DNA from: a virus
Virus record (IMG/VR): IMGVR_UViG_3300020147_000009
Span: 530 to 64,529 of that record
Reading direction: 5' to 3' (one strand)
DNA length: 64,000 nt
Made by a program: the position numbers and the translations under genes. Positions 8,889-17,991 of this stretch are shown in pieces. The notes under the pieces are model-generated. The model searched no databases. It was not told the origin of the DNA and saw nothing but the letters and a program-made list of their open reading frames with translations. Numbering within the stretch: position 1 is the stretch's first letter; every line of letters starts with the position of its first letter.

Positions 8889-9314
8889 CTAATAACCCCA
8901 TTCGTCTCTCCAAGAATCACCTGAATCTCTGTACGCATAATCAACAAAGGTATAATAGTCTCTTAAGCAATCAGTCTCATCATATAACTCACTTGATAAG
9001 ATTAATAAAACACAGTCTGATGATATCTCAGATATTTCAATCCAATATAGTTTATCAATATCTAAACCAATATTGGGTTCGTTTAAGTAGAAAGATTCAA
9101 CCTTTGTTCCAGAATCAGTGTAAATCTTACATGAACCTGAAACAGCAATAAAAACCTGTCTACATTTCTTATGAGCCACAAACCCATGAGATTTTACTCC
9201 TCTTAGGTATTGAACTCTTTTTATATCAAATGGAAAGCTGATGTTAGGTTCCAACATTGTGAAGGAACCTAACTCATCAACAAACTCATCTAATTTTAAA
9301 ATATTCACACTCAT
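8889..9314 (-). CDS. cupin-fold sugar-nucleotide 3,4-ketoisomerase-like protein (FdtA/WxcM-like)
   Basis: FDIKRVQYLRGVKSHGFVAHKKCRQVFIAVSGS resembles the conserved core of the FdtA/WxcM cupin family. Confidence 0.45.
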   Translation of the reverse strand: MSVNILKLDEFVDELGSFTMLEPNISFPFDIKRVQYLRGVKSHGFVAHKKCRQVFIAVSGSCKIYTDSGTKVESFYLNEPNIGLDIDKLYWIEISEISSDCVLLILSSELYDETDCLRDYYTFVDYAYRDSGDSWRDEWGY

Positions 9315-10049
9315 TTAGAATTGTCTTGTTGATAGCTTCTTTTGGCTTGATACGTAATAATCTTCAATGAATTTGAAGTGTCTTTCATAGACATGAAGAG
9401 ACGAAGCTGACCAAATGATATCACCAACATCAACAAACAAATCTGCTGCTAACATCTTTAAAACATAACTTTGCCAAGCTCTGTCGTTCTTATATCCAAA
9501 TACTGCGTCGTTACTTCTCATCTTTACGTGGGCGTGAATCTTACCACCACGAATCAAATATGTTACAGAATCAGTGCAGATAAAGTCAGACATTCCGTCT
9601 TTATTATAATCTTTATGCATACTTGGACGAGTGTAAATCATATTTGCTCTACGAGAATATGGATTCTTCTTGAGTTCAGCCAAAACATTTTCGTATTGGT
9701 TTCCATTTTCTTCTGAGTAAATACACCAACCATAGTTAGAGTTAATCATCCCTGCTGAGCTTGCTACAGCCTTCCAGATTTCTGGAGCACCACCTGGGAT
9801 ATCAGCAACAAATCTTGATTTAGACTTATACCATTGAACTTCACGTTCAACATAGTCCCAATTAACTTCACCAAAAATGGATTCTTCAGAAGCTAAGAAA
9901 GTACAACCAACTAACTCAACCATCTTAACGCCGGATTTATCAATTACAAAATTACCAGCTCTATATCTTTTAGCTAAGGACTCCCTAATATATTCAATAT
10001 TATGGTATTCTTTAATAGTACCAAATTCATGATTATTTGCATTAATCAT
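9315..10049 (-). CDS. 42: dCMP hydroxymethylase (T4 gene 42 homolog)
   Basis: Strong collinear similarity to T4 gp42 (VDKSGVKMVEL, YKSKSRFV, EIWKAVASS, INSNYGW, NPYSRRANMIYTRPSM, DYNKDGMSDFICT, MRSNDAVFG); 244 aa vs 246. Confidence 0.9.
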   Translation of the reverse strand: MINANNHEFGTIKEYHNIEYIRESLAKRYRAGNFVIDKSGVKMVELVGCTFLASEESIFGEVNWDYVEREVQWYKSKSRFVADIPGGAPEIWKAVASSAGMINSNYGWCIYSEENGNQYENVLAELKKNPYSRRANMIYTRPSMHKDYNKDGMSDFICTDSVTYLIRGGKIHAHVKMRSNDAVFGYKNDRAWQSYVLKMLAADLFVDVGDIIWSASSLHVYERHFKFIEDYYVSSQKKLSTRQF

Positions 10050-10051
10050 AA

Positions 10052-10417
10052 TTACTCCTCAACATTCTTCTTTACTTGAACAGGTTTATTCAACCAATCT
10101 CTATCTGGTGTCTGACCGTCTACTTTTCCACGGCAATAAGCAACACCAAAACTACAATAGTTAATCAAATCAATCAAAGAATCTTCAATTGATTCAAAGT
10201 TTGGATTATATTCAGGGTCCATCTCCATAGCTTCCATGACTGACATAACACGAAGAAGTTTGCCATGAATTGAATCAACAATTGTTGCTAGGCCACGTGG
10301 ATAGTAATCAGCCTGTTTGATTCTTGATTTTGGGTTTTGATAGTCATTTGACTTTTTAAGTTGAAGCTCAGCAGCTTCTTGTAATACCTTAATAGATTCT
10401 TTATTTTCTTTAGCCAT
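10052..10417 (-). CDS. hypothetical protein (121 aa)
   Basis: ORF between gene 42 and MazG-like gene. Confidence 0.5.
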   Translation of the reverse strand: MAKENKESIKVLQEAAELQLKKSNDYQNPKSRIKQADYYPRGLATIVDSIHGKLLRVMSVMEAMEMDPEYNPNFESIEDSLIDLINYCSFGVAYCRGKVDGQTPDRDWLNKPVQVKKNVEE

Positions 10418-10418
10418 G

Positions 10419-10838
10419 TTATTCCTCGTAAAGTTTAGATAGAAGACCTACATTATCTGCGTGAGTTGGAGCTGTCCAACCGGTCGGTTTAATTAGGTCA
10501 GGAAGACCAAGTGGATTTGGTCGATTTGGATTAACGCCTGGGTTCTTAGCCATATTTGCAAAATGAACCCTATCCCAAGCCTCTTGAGCATCAACATCAA
10601 AAGCATTTAGGGTACCAATAGCGACAACACACAGGTCAATAAGAGCATCTACAACATCATCCGCATTTTTAGCGGTATTCATTTCATCAAGTTCTTCTTG
10701 AAGAAACTTGATTCTGAATTCAAGAAACTGTTTGAGCTTTTCTGGTGGAAGGTTTCTGATAACTTCGTTAACACCAAATTTTGTATGCATTGCAGCGATA
10801 TCTGCAATCCAGTCATTTTGAATAGCAATTCCGTACAT
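10419..10838 (-). CDS. MazG-like all-alpha NTP pyrophosphohydrolase (candidate dCTPase, gp56-like role)
   Basis: LKQFLEFRIKFLQEELDEM...DALIDLCVVAIG fits MazG/HisE-type EExxE/D motifs; adjacent to dCMP hydroxymethylase. Confidence 0.6.
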   Translation of the reverse strand: MYGIAIQNDWIADIAAMHTKFGVNEVIRNLPPEKLKQFLEFRIKFLQEELDEMNTAKNADDVVDALIDLCVVAIGTLNAFDVDAQEAWDRVHFANMAKNPGVNPNRPNPLGLPDLIKPTGWTAPTHADNVGLLSKLYEE

Positions 10839-10885
10839 ATAATCTCTTTTAATTTAAGAAGATTAATTGTAGTATTTTTGGCTAT

Positions 10886-11299
10886 TTAAAGTAAAATTTT
10901 GTTTTTAACGTGTTTCTTATGGATTTTGCAGGATACCCATGAATTGTAATATGAATCATCAAGTAAGACGTGACGATTGAATATTTCCCAGGTTTCTAGG
11001 TATGAGCACTCTGATTTTGATTTACAGAGGTGTAGAATTTCTCTGGAGAAGTTGTCTTCTCCGATAGTTTTAACTTCTTCTTTTAGTTCTTCACTTGAGC
11101 CGTAGTATTCTTGCCAGTCTGATTCTTTTACAACTTTCTTTTTTCTGGTAGAACCCTTCACGGCTTTTCGTGAAGTAAAATTAAAAAGCTTTTTACCGAC
11201 GTACTTTCTTCCGTCTTTTAAGTTGGTGATAAGATAGACAAAGCCAATGTAACCTTCTGGAATTTCTGTCAGTTCTTTCCCACTATATATCCAGTTCAA
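10886..11299 (-). mobile_element. free-standing GIY-YIG homing endonuclease (Seg-like); TTG start
   Basis: GYIGFVYLITNLKDGRKYVGKK GIY-YIG motif; sits in intergenic position with its own promoter-like upstream sequence. Confidence 0.6.
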
Positions 11300-11458
11300 T
11301 TAATCTTCGTCTTCTGTTATTTCTTCTTCTTCACTTGAAATATCTGCTCCACAAAATGGGCAATATACAAGGTCTGTTAATCCGGCGTACTCCGACTCTT
11401 TGATTGTGATTTTGCAGTTATTTCCACATGTCTCACAAGAAACGTTTTTTGATGCCAT
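11300..11458 (-). CDS. small zinc-ribbon protein (52 aa), not in ORF track
   Basis: Translated by hand: MASKNVSCETCGNNCKITIKESEYAGLTDLVYCPFCGADISSEEEEITEDED; two CxxC pairs; AGAGGGAA SD upstream. Confidence 0.4.
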   Translation of the reverse strand: MASKNVSCETCGNNCKITIKESEYAGLTDLVYCPFCGADISSEEEEITEDED

Positions 11459-11467
11459 TATTCCCTC

Positions 11468-11737
11468 TTAGAATAGTTTTGGTCTATTAGCTAGTCTTAT
11501 AAGTATCTCACCATGGCATCTATTTGGATAACAGTGGCAACCTAAAACTTTACCTCTGAGCTCTTCTATATCAGCCATTAATTCCGGATTATTTCTAATC
11601 CATACAGAATATTTATATATTACTTCAGCTCTAGTTCCATCTTCTCCTATTTTAAATGGGTTTCCCCACTTAGAAGGTCTTCCTATATAGACATCATACT
11701 TGTCCTTCTTACAATGGACTAGCAGTTGTTTCTCCAT
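11468..11737 (-). CDS. DUF4326-family protein
   Basis: YDVYIGRPSKWGNPF...LGCHCYPNRCHGEIL matches the conserved DUF4326 signature. Confidence 0.55.
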   Translation of the reverse strand: MEKQLLVHCKKDKYDVYIGRPSKWGNPFKIGEDGTRAEVIYKYSVWIRNNPELMADIEELRGKVLGCHCYPNRCHGEILIRLANRPKLF

Positions 11738-12236
11738 TTTTCTCTTTCCAAAATGGCTTCAATTCATCTCTTACTTCAGTCATGATTTGACCTAATAGAT
11801 TCAAACCTTTCCATTTTGTTGGGTCACCTACATCTGGATGGTCTTCACCCATTCCAATTCCCCAGATTCTATCAAACGGAGAAGCCTCAGCTAATCGAGT
11901 ATCCATACTAATAAGAATGAGATAGTTTAGAAGGTTCTCATTCTGTTTAAATCTTTCAAGAGTAATTCTTTTTACAATTGGATATCTATAGTCTTTCCAC
12001 TTATCTTCATCGAAGTTTCTAACTTCTCTACCCAAGTCCTTGTGTAGACTTGGGTTTGATGTTGACATTATCTTTGCGGCAGTTTCAAGGTCACCCATGA
12101 GCATTGCTTTATAATACATCATAGCTTGCTCACCACAACAAAACTTTACTCCGTCAATAATAAAGTCATTCATGTGCCAATTAGATATCTTTTCCTTCCA
12201 GAAGAAGGTGTAACCATTAATTCTTTTCATTGACAT
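11709..12236 (-). CDS. NADAR / YbiA-like (DUF1768) family protein
   Basis: FFWKEKISNWHMNDFIIDGVKFCCGEQAMMYYKA typical NADAR N-terminal motif; probable start at Met3 (ATGA overlap with nrdA). Confidence 0.65.
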   Translation of the reverse strand: MSMKRINGYTFFWKEKISNWHMNDFIIDGVKFCCGEQAMMYYKAMLMGDLETAAKIMSTSNPSLHKDLGREVRNFDEDKWKDYRYPIVKRITLERFKQNENLLNYLILISMDTRLAEASPFDRIWGIGMGEDHPDVGDPTKWKGLNLLGQIMTEVRDELKPFWKEKNGETTASPL

Positions 12237-13930
12237 GCCTCACATTCCTTGCTAGCTTGAACCCCAGCTTGTGTATAGATATAATAAAGGGCTAGAATAT
12301 TCTCGTCCAAGAAAGCCTCTTTGTGAACTTCACTAATCCATTCTTCATCTTCTTCAGCAGCAAAGAATAGGTTCAGTGATTGCCATTGGTCGATAAATTT
12401 TGCTCTTCCAGCAGCCAATCTAATTACTACCTTTTGGTTGATTTCAAACGCGGTTTTGAATACTGCTTTTTCTTCTGGTGTCAACCATTCAACATGTTGG
12501 ACCGAACCCATTTTATCCTTAATGTCTTTAACATTTCTTCTGTTATAGACACCCTTCTTTTTCATTATTTCAAGAAGTTTAGGGTTGATACGGTCTACTT
12601 CACCACCTGCAGTTGTTTGAGTGTACGACATAGCTGGGTCAAGATTGATACCTTCAGAAACTCCACCCATTAGAAGAGCAGTTGATTTTGTCGGAGCAAT
12701 AGCGATTCTATGTGTATTTCTTAATCCAAGACCCTTACACCATTCAGGTTCACCTAATTCACTAGCCATCCATTGAGATGCCTTAAGAGATTCATCCCAA
12801 ATATGTTTTGCAATTTCTGTGTTCTTCCACATAGCATCAAGAGATTCAAACGGAATCATATTTTCTTGAAGATAGGTATGGAAACCACATTGGCCAAGAC
12901 CAAGAGCCCTTCCCTTTTGAGTGAATCTAACAGCCTTCTCTAAACCAGGAATATCCTTACCCTTTTGGATGAACTCTTCAGCAACACAATCAAGAAATAT
13001 AGTTGCCCAAAATACAGCATCCGTATTTTTCCATTCGTCATACTTAGCGACATTCATAGAAGATAGAACACATGTATAAGTATGATCAGTATCAGAATGA
13101 AGAGTAATTTCTGAGCAAAGGTTAGAAGCCTTAACTGTTAAGTCATGTTTCTTGTATGATTCTGGTCTTTTACGATTAATTTTATCAACGAATAGGAAAT
13201 AACCCTTACCATGAACCATCTTTAGTTTCATGGCCTTTTGGTAACGTCGTATATAGTCTTCATTACCTTCGTTCAAACCTTTGGTGAATTCATCAGTGAC
13301 AATCCAACCAACGTTTGCATCATCTGGTTCTGAATTAACAAAGTCAGCTAATTCATCAAAGTCAGAATGAGTAAGTTCAAGGTAACCAGCCCAAGCTCCT
13401 CTTCGAGCAGTTCCTTGAGCAACGTCTCTCATGTCTTGAACAAAACCCTTAAAGACAGGAACTACACCAGAAGACTTTCCACCCTTACTAATCTTTGACC
13501 CTCTTGGTCTAACAGCTCCAAGGTAAGCAGAAGTACCAAAACCATGTTTAGTTAGGACTGCAGTTTCTCGTCTAGCTGTATAGAAACCATCAATCGAATC
13601 TTCTACATATCCACCTGAGCAAGAAACCGGCATACCTCTATCAGTACCCATGTTTGCAAGAACTGGAGTAGATGGGCTAACCCAACCTTTCCAAAATAAT
13701 TCAAAGAATTTTTCTCTTGCTAGGTCTTCCAATCCAATACCAGCAAGGTGTTTAGCTGCCGTCGCCGCAAGTCTTTCAAATTGACCCTTTACTGAATCAG
13801 TCCCGTATAGATACTTATCTAGAAATAATTGAAGACCTCCAGTTGAGTACCAATCCGGAACCAAACCTTCCACTTGCATTGTTTTTCTTTTTGAAGACAG
13901 TTCTTCATATAAATCTACATCTTTTACCAT
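12227..13930 (-). CDS. nrdA: class I ribonucleotide reductase large subunit (short form without ATP-cone)
   Basis: NLCSEI active-site motif, VLANMGT, C-terminal CEACQ redox pair; followed by R2 gene. Confidence 0.85.
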   Translation of the reverse strand: MVKDVDLYEELSSKRKTMQVEGLVPDWYSTGGLQLFLDKYLYGTDSVKGQFERLAATAAKHLAGIGLEDLAREKFFELFWKGWVSPSTPVLANMGTDRGMPVSCSGGYVEDSIDGFYTARRETAVLTKHGFGTSAYLGAVRPRGSKISKGGKSSGVVPVFKGFVQDMRDVAQGTARRGAWAGYLELTHSDFDELADFVNSEPDDANVGWIVTDEFTKGLNEGNEDYIRRYQKAMKLKMVHGKGYFLFVDKINRKRPESYKKHDLTVKASNLCSEITLHSDTDHTYTCVLSSMNVAKYDEWKNTDAVFWATIFLDCVAEEFIQKGKDIPGLEKAVRFTQKGRALGLGQCGFHTYLQENMIPFESLDAMWKNTEIAKHIWDESLKASQWMASELGEPEWCKGLGLRNTHRIAIAPTKSTALLMGGVSEGINLDPAMSYTQTTAGGEVDRINPKLLEIMKKKGVYNRRNVKDIKDKMGSVQHVEWLTPEEKAVFKTAFEINQKVVIRLAAGRAKFIDQWQSLNLFFAAEEDEEWISEVHKEAFLDENILALYYIYTQAGVQASKECEACQ

Positions 13931-14868
13931 ACGAATGATTTTTCATCCCAATCTCTGTTATATTGTGAGCCCATACCACTAAAGAAGTCGTTATATTGGT
14001 AACCATTGATACCATCATAAAACCATTCAGCGATAGGATTATAAGTTATTTTGAATAGGTTATTGAATCCCAATTCTTGTAGAACTTGGTTGATTCTTGA
14101 TTCTACGAAGTGTTTCATTTGAACGGCTGTAATTCCGTCGATTGGACCCTTCTCAAAAATCATCTCAATAATTCTACATTCATGATTATATAGTTCCGTC
14201 GCCATATTGAGAATTTCAATACGTAAATCCTCAAGTTCGTCCTCATTAAGTTTGAATTTTGGCAACTTCTTCTTGAATACATATGCACCAGCCATGGAAT
14301 GAAGGTTTTCATCCCTAACAGAGAAGTTGATGCCTCGTACTACGTTTAGAAGTTTGTTCTTTCCTTTTGATTGGAAATGTTTAAGGAAAGCAAAACTGGA
14401 ATAGAGAATAACACCTTCAACAAGAGAGAATCCTGCTAGAGACAATAACTCATTCTTTGAGGATACTATGGAATCAATGTATTCCATTCTTGATTTTAGA
14501 GTTGGGTCGTTTACATATGAATCATAAAAATCATCGGTGTTAACGTATAACAATTCATTTAAAGTGGCATAGAACGGTTTATGCACAGCCAATTCGAATG
14601 CCCCAAATACTGCTGCCATTCTGTGGGCTTCTGCAGACTTATTGGTTCGCATAAACTTACCTAACCAATAATCCGTTCCTGCTTTTAATTCATATAATGT
14701 GAATAGTTTTAATGTTGTGATGACACCATGTTTTTCTGCTGGTGTCATATTTACAAGAATGTCTTGAATATCCTTCTCTACTTTAATTTCTGTTGGGGAC
14801 CAGAAAATCTTCCATTGTTGTTCAGCAAACTCTACTAGCTGCTTATCTACCTCTATCGGTGAATACAT
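13924..14868 (-). CDS. nrdB: ribonucleotide reductase small subunit R2
   Basis: Ferritin-like di-iron R2 motifs (EGVILYSSFAFL, RDENLH). Confidence 0.85.
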   Translation of the reverse strand: MYSPIEVDKQLVEFAEQQWKIFWSPTEIKVEKDIQDILVNMTPAEKHGVITTLKLFTLYELKAGTDYWLGKFMRTNKSAEAHRMAAVFGAFELAVHKPFYATLNELLYVNTDDFYDSYVNDPTLKSRMEYIDSIVSSKNELLSLAGFSLVEGVILYSSFAFLKHFQSKGKNKLLNVVRGINFSVRDENLHSMAGAYVFKKKLPKFKLNEDELEDLRIEILNMATELYNHECRIIEMIFEKGPIDGITAVQMKHFVESRINQVLQELGFNNLFKITYNPIAEWFYDGINGYQYNDFFSGMGSQYNRDWDEKSFVW

Positions 14869-14877
14869 ACTACTCCA

Positions 14878-15120
14878 TTACTTAACTGCGTCTATTAATC
14901 TATCGTGCCTGGTAGCACATTCCGTGTATTGCTTCATTAACTCTATATCGTGTTTGTATAGGTCACCCAACGTATTACCTTCTAATCCTTCAATCTCTGG
15001 GCATTTTACAAGTAAATTACTTGGGATTGGAGCCTTAGGTGGAGTAGTTTCTAATTTAGGTTTATTACTTGCGCAACCTACTAATAATACCACTAAAAGA
15101 ATTGATATGATTTTTTTCAT
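14878..15120 (-). CDS. o-spanin-like outer-membrane lipoprotein
   Basis: Lipobox LLVGCAS, proline-rich TTPPKAPIPS segment; immediately downstream of i-spanin-like gene. Confidence 0.5.
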   Translation of the reverse strand: MKKIISILLVVLLVGCASNKPKLETTPPKAPIPSNLLVKCPEIEGLEGNTLGDLYKHDIELMKQYTECATRHDRLIDAVK

Positions 15121-15509
15121 TATTTTCTCGTGTCATTTAGTGTTTTAGCGGCATCATTGAGAGTTTTTACACCAGATTCTGGTACAAGGCATTGATTATA
15201 AACAGGTTTTTCAACCTCTTTAATAACCGTATTCTCAATGATTTTCTCTCTAGTCTTAAGGTTCTTAAGATTTTCTTCAAATTTATCAGAAGCACTAGCA
15301 TATTTATCTAATGTCTCCTTTAGATTCTTAGCGTTCTCATCCTTAAGTTTGATTATTTCTTGTTGGTGTGTTATTACTTCTTTCTGTAGTTTGACTTCAC
15401 CTTCATTCAAGCCAGAAGTTCTACCAGCAAAAAATACAGAAGCAACAATAGCTAAAGTTACAAGAACTATTGCTATGTGTTTACCATATTTAATTAGAAA
15501 TAAAGGCAT
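15120..15509 (-). CDS. i-spanin-like protein (N-terminal TM + coiled coil)
   Basis: Single N-terminal TM (IAIVLVTLAIVASVFFA) then K/E-rich coiled coil; paired with lipoprotein gene. Confidence 0.5.
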   Translation of the reverse strand: MPLFLIKYGKHIAIVLVTLAIVASVFFAGRTSGLNEGEVKLQKEVITHQQEIIKLKDENAKNLKETLDKYASASDKFEENLKNLKTREKIIENTVIKEVEKPVYNQCLVPESGVKTLNDAAKTLNDTRK

Positions 15510-16327
15510 TATCTCTTTTCCTTTAATTGTGATTCAACATCAACTCTATGTTGCTTCCAACCACGGAAGTTCTTGATGAACTTATTTGGTTTTACAGCCT
15601 TAGCAGGATGTTCAGTTGGAGAAGCGTGAATAGGAACCGAACCAACCAATCTGTTATACAACTCAATATCTTTATCAATTGAAGGAGTCTTACCATCATG
15701 AGTTAGATAAGAAACTCTAGCACAACGAGCTGTTGATAACATCATACATTTAGCCATCGGAAGAGTATTTCTTTCTTCTTTACTTACATATGGAAGATGG
15801 TAGTGAGATACCACTGGATTTGATGCATCTATTGCTTTCTTCATTTCAATAGCAAGTTCTCTGATTTCAGGTTGGGCATCCTTATGGTCTCGTAGAGAAT
15901 CCCAATTATCAGTTTCAGTTGCCGTCATAACAACAGAAATATATTGCCAAGGTTCCAATAATCTATTTAGAGTTTGTTTATGTGGTTTAGCAACTACATT
16001 AGCTAACCAAACAAAAGAACAAACTGCTTTACCTGTGAAAGACCAAATAAATTTAGTAAATTTAAGCTTAAATCCTGTCAATTCATGAGCTGCCTGCATT
16101 CCTGCTTGATTTGCACCCCAATGGATTGGACCTGCTGGGTCGTTCCAAACCTGTTTCAAAAACGTCTTAATAGGAATTGCTCTTGAACTTGAAGCATTAC
16201 GGGAAAACACTCTGTGAGTCATGAACTCAGCATGAATGCTCCTCCAATACTTAAGTTGATACGTTGTAAGACGAACTCCGTTGTAAGGGTTGATACTGTC
16301 TTCAATAATCTTTACTTCACAAGCCAT
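15509..16327 (-). CDS. thyX: flavin-dependent thymidylate synthase ThyX
   Basis: ThyX signature THRVFSRNASSSRAIP (RHRx7S-type). Confidence 0.85.
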   Translation of the reverse strand: MACEVKIIEDSINPYNGVRLTTYQLKYWRSIHAEFMTHRVFSRNASSSRAIPIKTFLKQVWNDPAGPIHWGANQAGMQAAHELTGFKLKFTKFIWSFTGKAVCSFVWLANVVAKPHKQTLNRLLEPWQYISVVMTATETDNWDSLRDHKDAQPEIRELAIEMKKAIDASNPVVSHYHLPYVSKEERNTLPMAKCMMLSTARCARVSYLTHDGKTPSIDKDIELYNRLVGSVPIHASPTEHPAKAVKPNKFIKNFRGWKQHRVDVESQLKEKR

Positions 16328-16534
16328 TTATTCTTCTTCCTCTTCTTCTGAAAATTTGTATTCTACTGGTATATTCAGCAACATAGCCATTGTTGATACT
16401 ACATCCTCAACTGCATTCATACCATCCCAGCCTATGCTATCATGAGTTATAGTAGCAATCTCGACGTCATTAAGAAATATTACCTTTTTCTCTTCATTAA
16501 CTAAATCTTCTACTATGGTTATTCTATCAGTCAT
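16328..16534 (-). CDS. hypothetical protein (68 aa, acidic EEEEEE tail)
   Basis: ORF. Confidence 0.4.
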   Translation of the reverse strand: MTDRITIVEDLVNEEKKVIFLNDVEIATITHDSIGWDGMNAVEDVVSTMAMLLNIPVEYKFSEEEEEE

Positions 16535-16763
16535 TTATTTTCTCATATTCATTTTTAAAAATTCTAAAAGTTCTTTTGTCTATAATATATTTCTGTTCAT
16601 GAGCTACATAGACTTTATTATCGTCAAAATACTTAATTACTTGTAACTCTTCTCCTTCCCAAGCAAGTACTCCTGGAGGAGCATAGTCATCACCGTTGTC
16701 GTAGATTGTTGTTTTCAGCCTAACTTTATAAAATGGAAGGTTATTACTCACAACAGTCTCCAC
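16527..16763 (-). CDS. hypothetical protein (78 aa)
   Basis: ORF. Confidence 0.4.
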   Translation of the reverse strand: METVVSNNLPFYKVRLKTTIYDNGDDYAPPGVLAWEGEELQVIKYFDDNKVYVAHEQKYIIDKRTFRIFKNEYEKIND

Positions 16764-16935
16764 TAAAGAAATATCTAAATTTAAATTCTCTCCATTCTAG
16801 TATCTTTTCGAACATCATGTATTTTTGGTCATCAGAAGTTATTTGGAATGTACAATTTTCATCAGTTTTGAGTAATTGTTCTACATCAACTCCTTCGACC
16901 TTACATATATACAATGTATTTGGTTTCAAATTCAC
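16744..16935 (-). CDS. hypothetical protein (63 aa)
   Basis: ORF. Confidence 0.35.
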   Translation of the reverse strand: MNLKPNTLYICKVEGVDVEQLLKTDENCTFQITSDDQKYMMFEKILEWREFKFRYFFSGDCCE

Positions 16936-17954
16936 TTAATTTTTCTCCATGCTTTATATTTTAATAATGCAGAAAGACCTTGATGGGTGTTTTCGGTAAT
17001 CATATTTAATACTTCAGTTTGATTGATACCGTTCATAACACACTCATTAATATCCTTAAATCGTATTTTATCAGGCCAAATAAACACCCTATATCCACTA
17101 TCGATTGTCTTCTGCATAGCGTTCATAATTTCTTTAGACCTTGGTTCATTGTCATAAATGATAATACACTTATTTTTATTCTTCTGAACAAAATCCAAAT
17201 TCATCGCCGAACCAGCAGCAGCAATACAATTAGGGAGGAATAGAGAATCAATTTGACCTTCTACGATGTAGATGTCCTTCTTACAATCGATTGATTCTAA
17301 CCCATATATTTTTTCCTTAGTTTCATCAAACTTAATGGTTAAATACTTGGGTTTTTCGTTACCAAAAGCTCTACCAGCTATAGCGAATGGGATATTACTT
17401 TCATCAAAGAAAGGAAATATCAATCTTGGATGTTCGTATTTTTCTGAACCTTCTGGATAAGTACCTGGTTTAACTGAATTTATCCATTTAATAAATCTAG
17501 CAGAAAAATAAATCCTATCCCATTTATCCTCTGGAATTTTTCTTTTGGTGATATATTTAATGGCAGGATGGTCTTTATTGAACTCCTTGACACATATAAT
17601 ATCATCCAAAATATTATTCGTTTGGATTGGTTTTACTATTTCTCTTTCAAGAGTTTCTTGAACAACGTTGCGAGAGGTAAAGCTTGAGAACTTCTTTTCA
17701 AGAATCCATTGACGATAAACCTTCTCATCGATGAACTTTAGAACCATCCCGAAAGAGTATGGTGCGTTACAGTTGTAGCACTTGAATGAGTAAGAGGAAT
17801 CTCCTTTATAGAACCATCCTCTGGCTATTCTTTGCTTTTTCTTTGAGTCACCACAGATTGGGCAGGAGAAATTGTAATCATCTCCGGCTTTTCTATTAAA
17901 GTTTCTTAACTTATGGGATATTAAAGAAATGTACTTTTGGTCAACGTAAATCAT
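16932..17954 (-). CDS. 61: DNA primase (T4 gp61-like, zinc finger + TOPRIM)
   Basis: CPICGDS...C..C zinc finger and YIVEGQIDSLF TOPRIM motif; 340 aa vs 342 in T4. Confidence 0.85.
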   Translation of the reverse strand: MIYVDQKYISLISHKLRNFNRKAGDDYNFSCPICGDSKKKQRIARGWFYKGDSSYSFKCYNCNAPYSFGMVLKFIDEKVYRQWILEKKFSSFTSRNVVQETLEREIVKPIQTNNILDDIICVKEFNKDHPAIKYITKRKIPEDKWDRIYFSARFIKWINSVKPGTYPEGSEKYEHPRLIFPFFDESNIPFAIAGRAFGNEKPKYLTIKFDETKEKIYGLESIDCKKDIYIVEGQIDSLFLPNCIAAAGSAMNLDFVQKNKNKCIIIYDNEPRSKEIMNAMQKTIDSGYRVFIWPDKIRFKDINECVMNGINQTEVLNMITENTHQGLSALLKYKAWRKIK

Positions 17955-17959
17955 AATAA

Positions 17960-17990
17960 ATTATAATCACGTGACGTATTTAAAGTAAAA
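17960..17990 (-). promoter_or_regulatory. early promoter motif (TTTTACTTTAAA-N13-TATAAT) abutting primase ATG
   Basis: Minus strand ttttactttaaatacgtcacgtgatTATAATttattATG; -10 lies only 5 nt from the ATG. Confidence 0.4.
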
Positions 17991-17991
17991 T

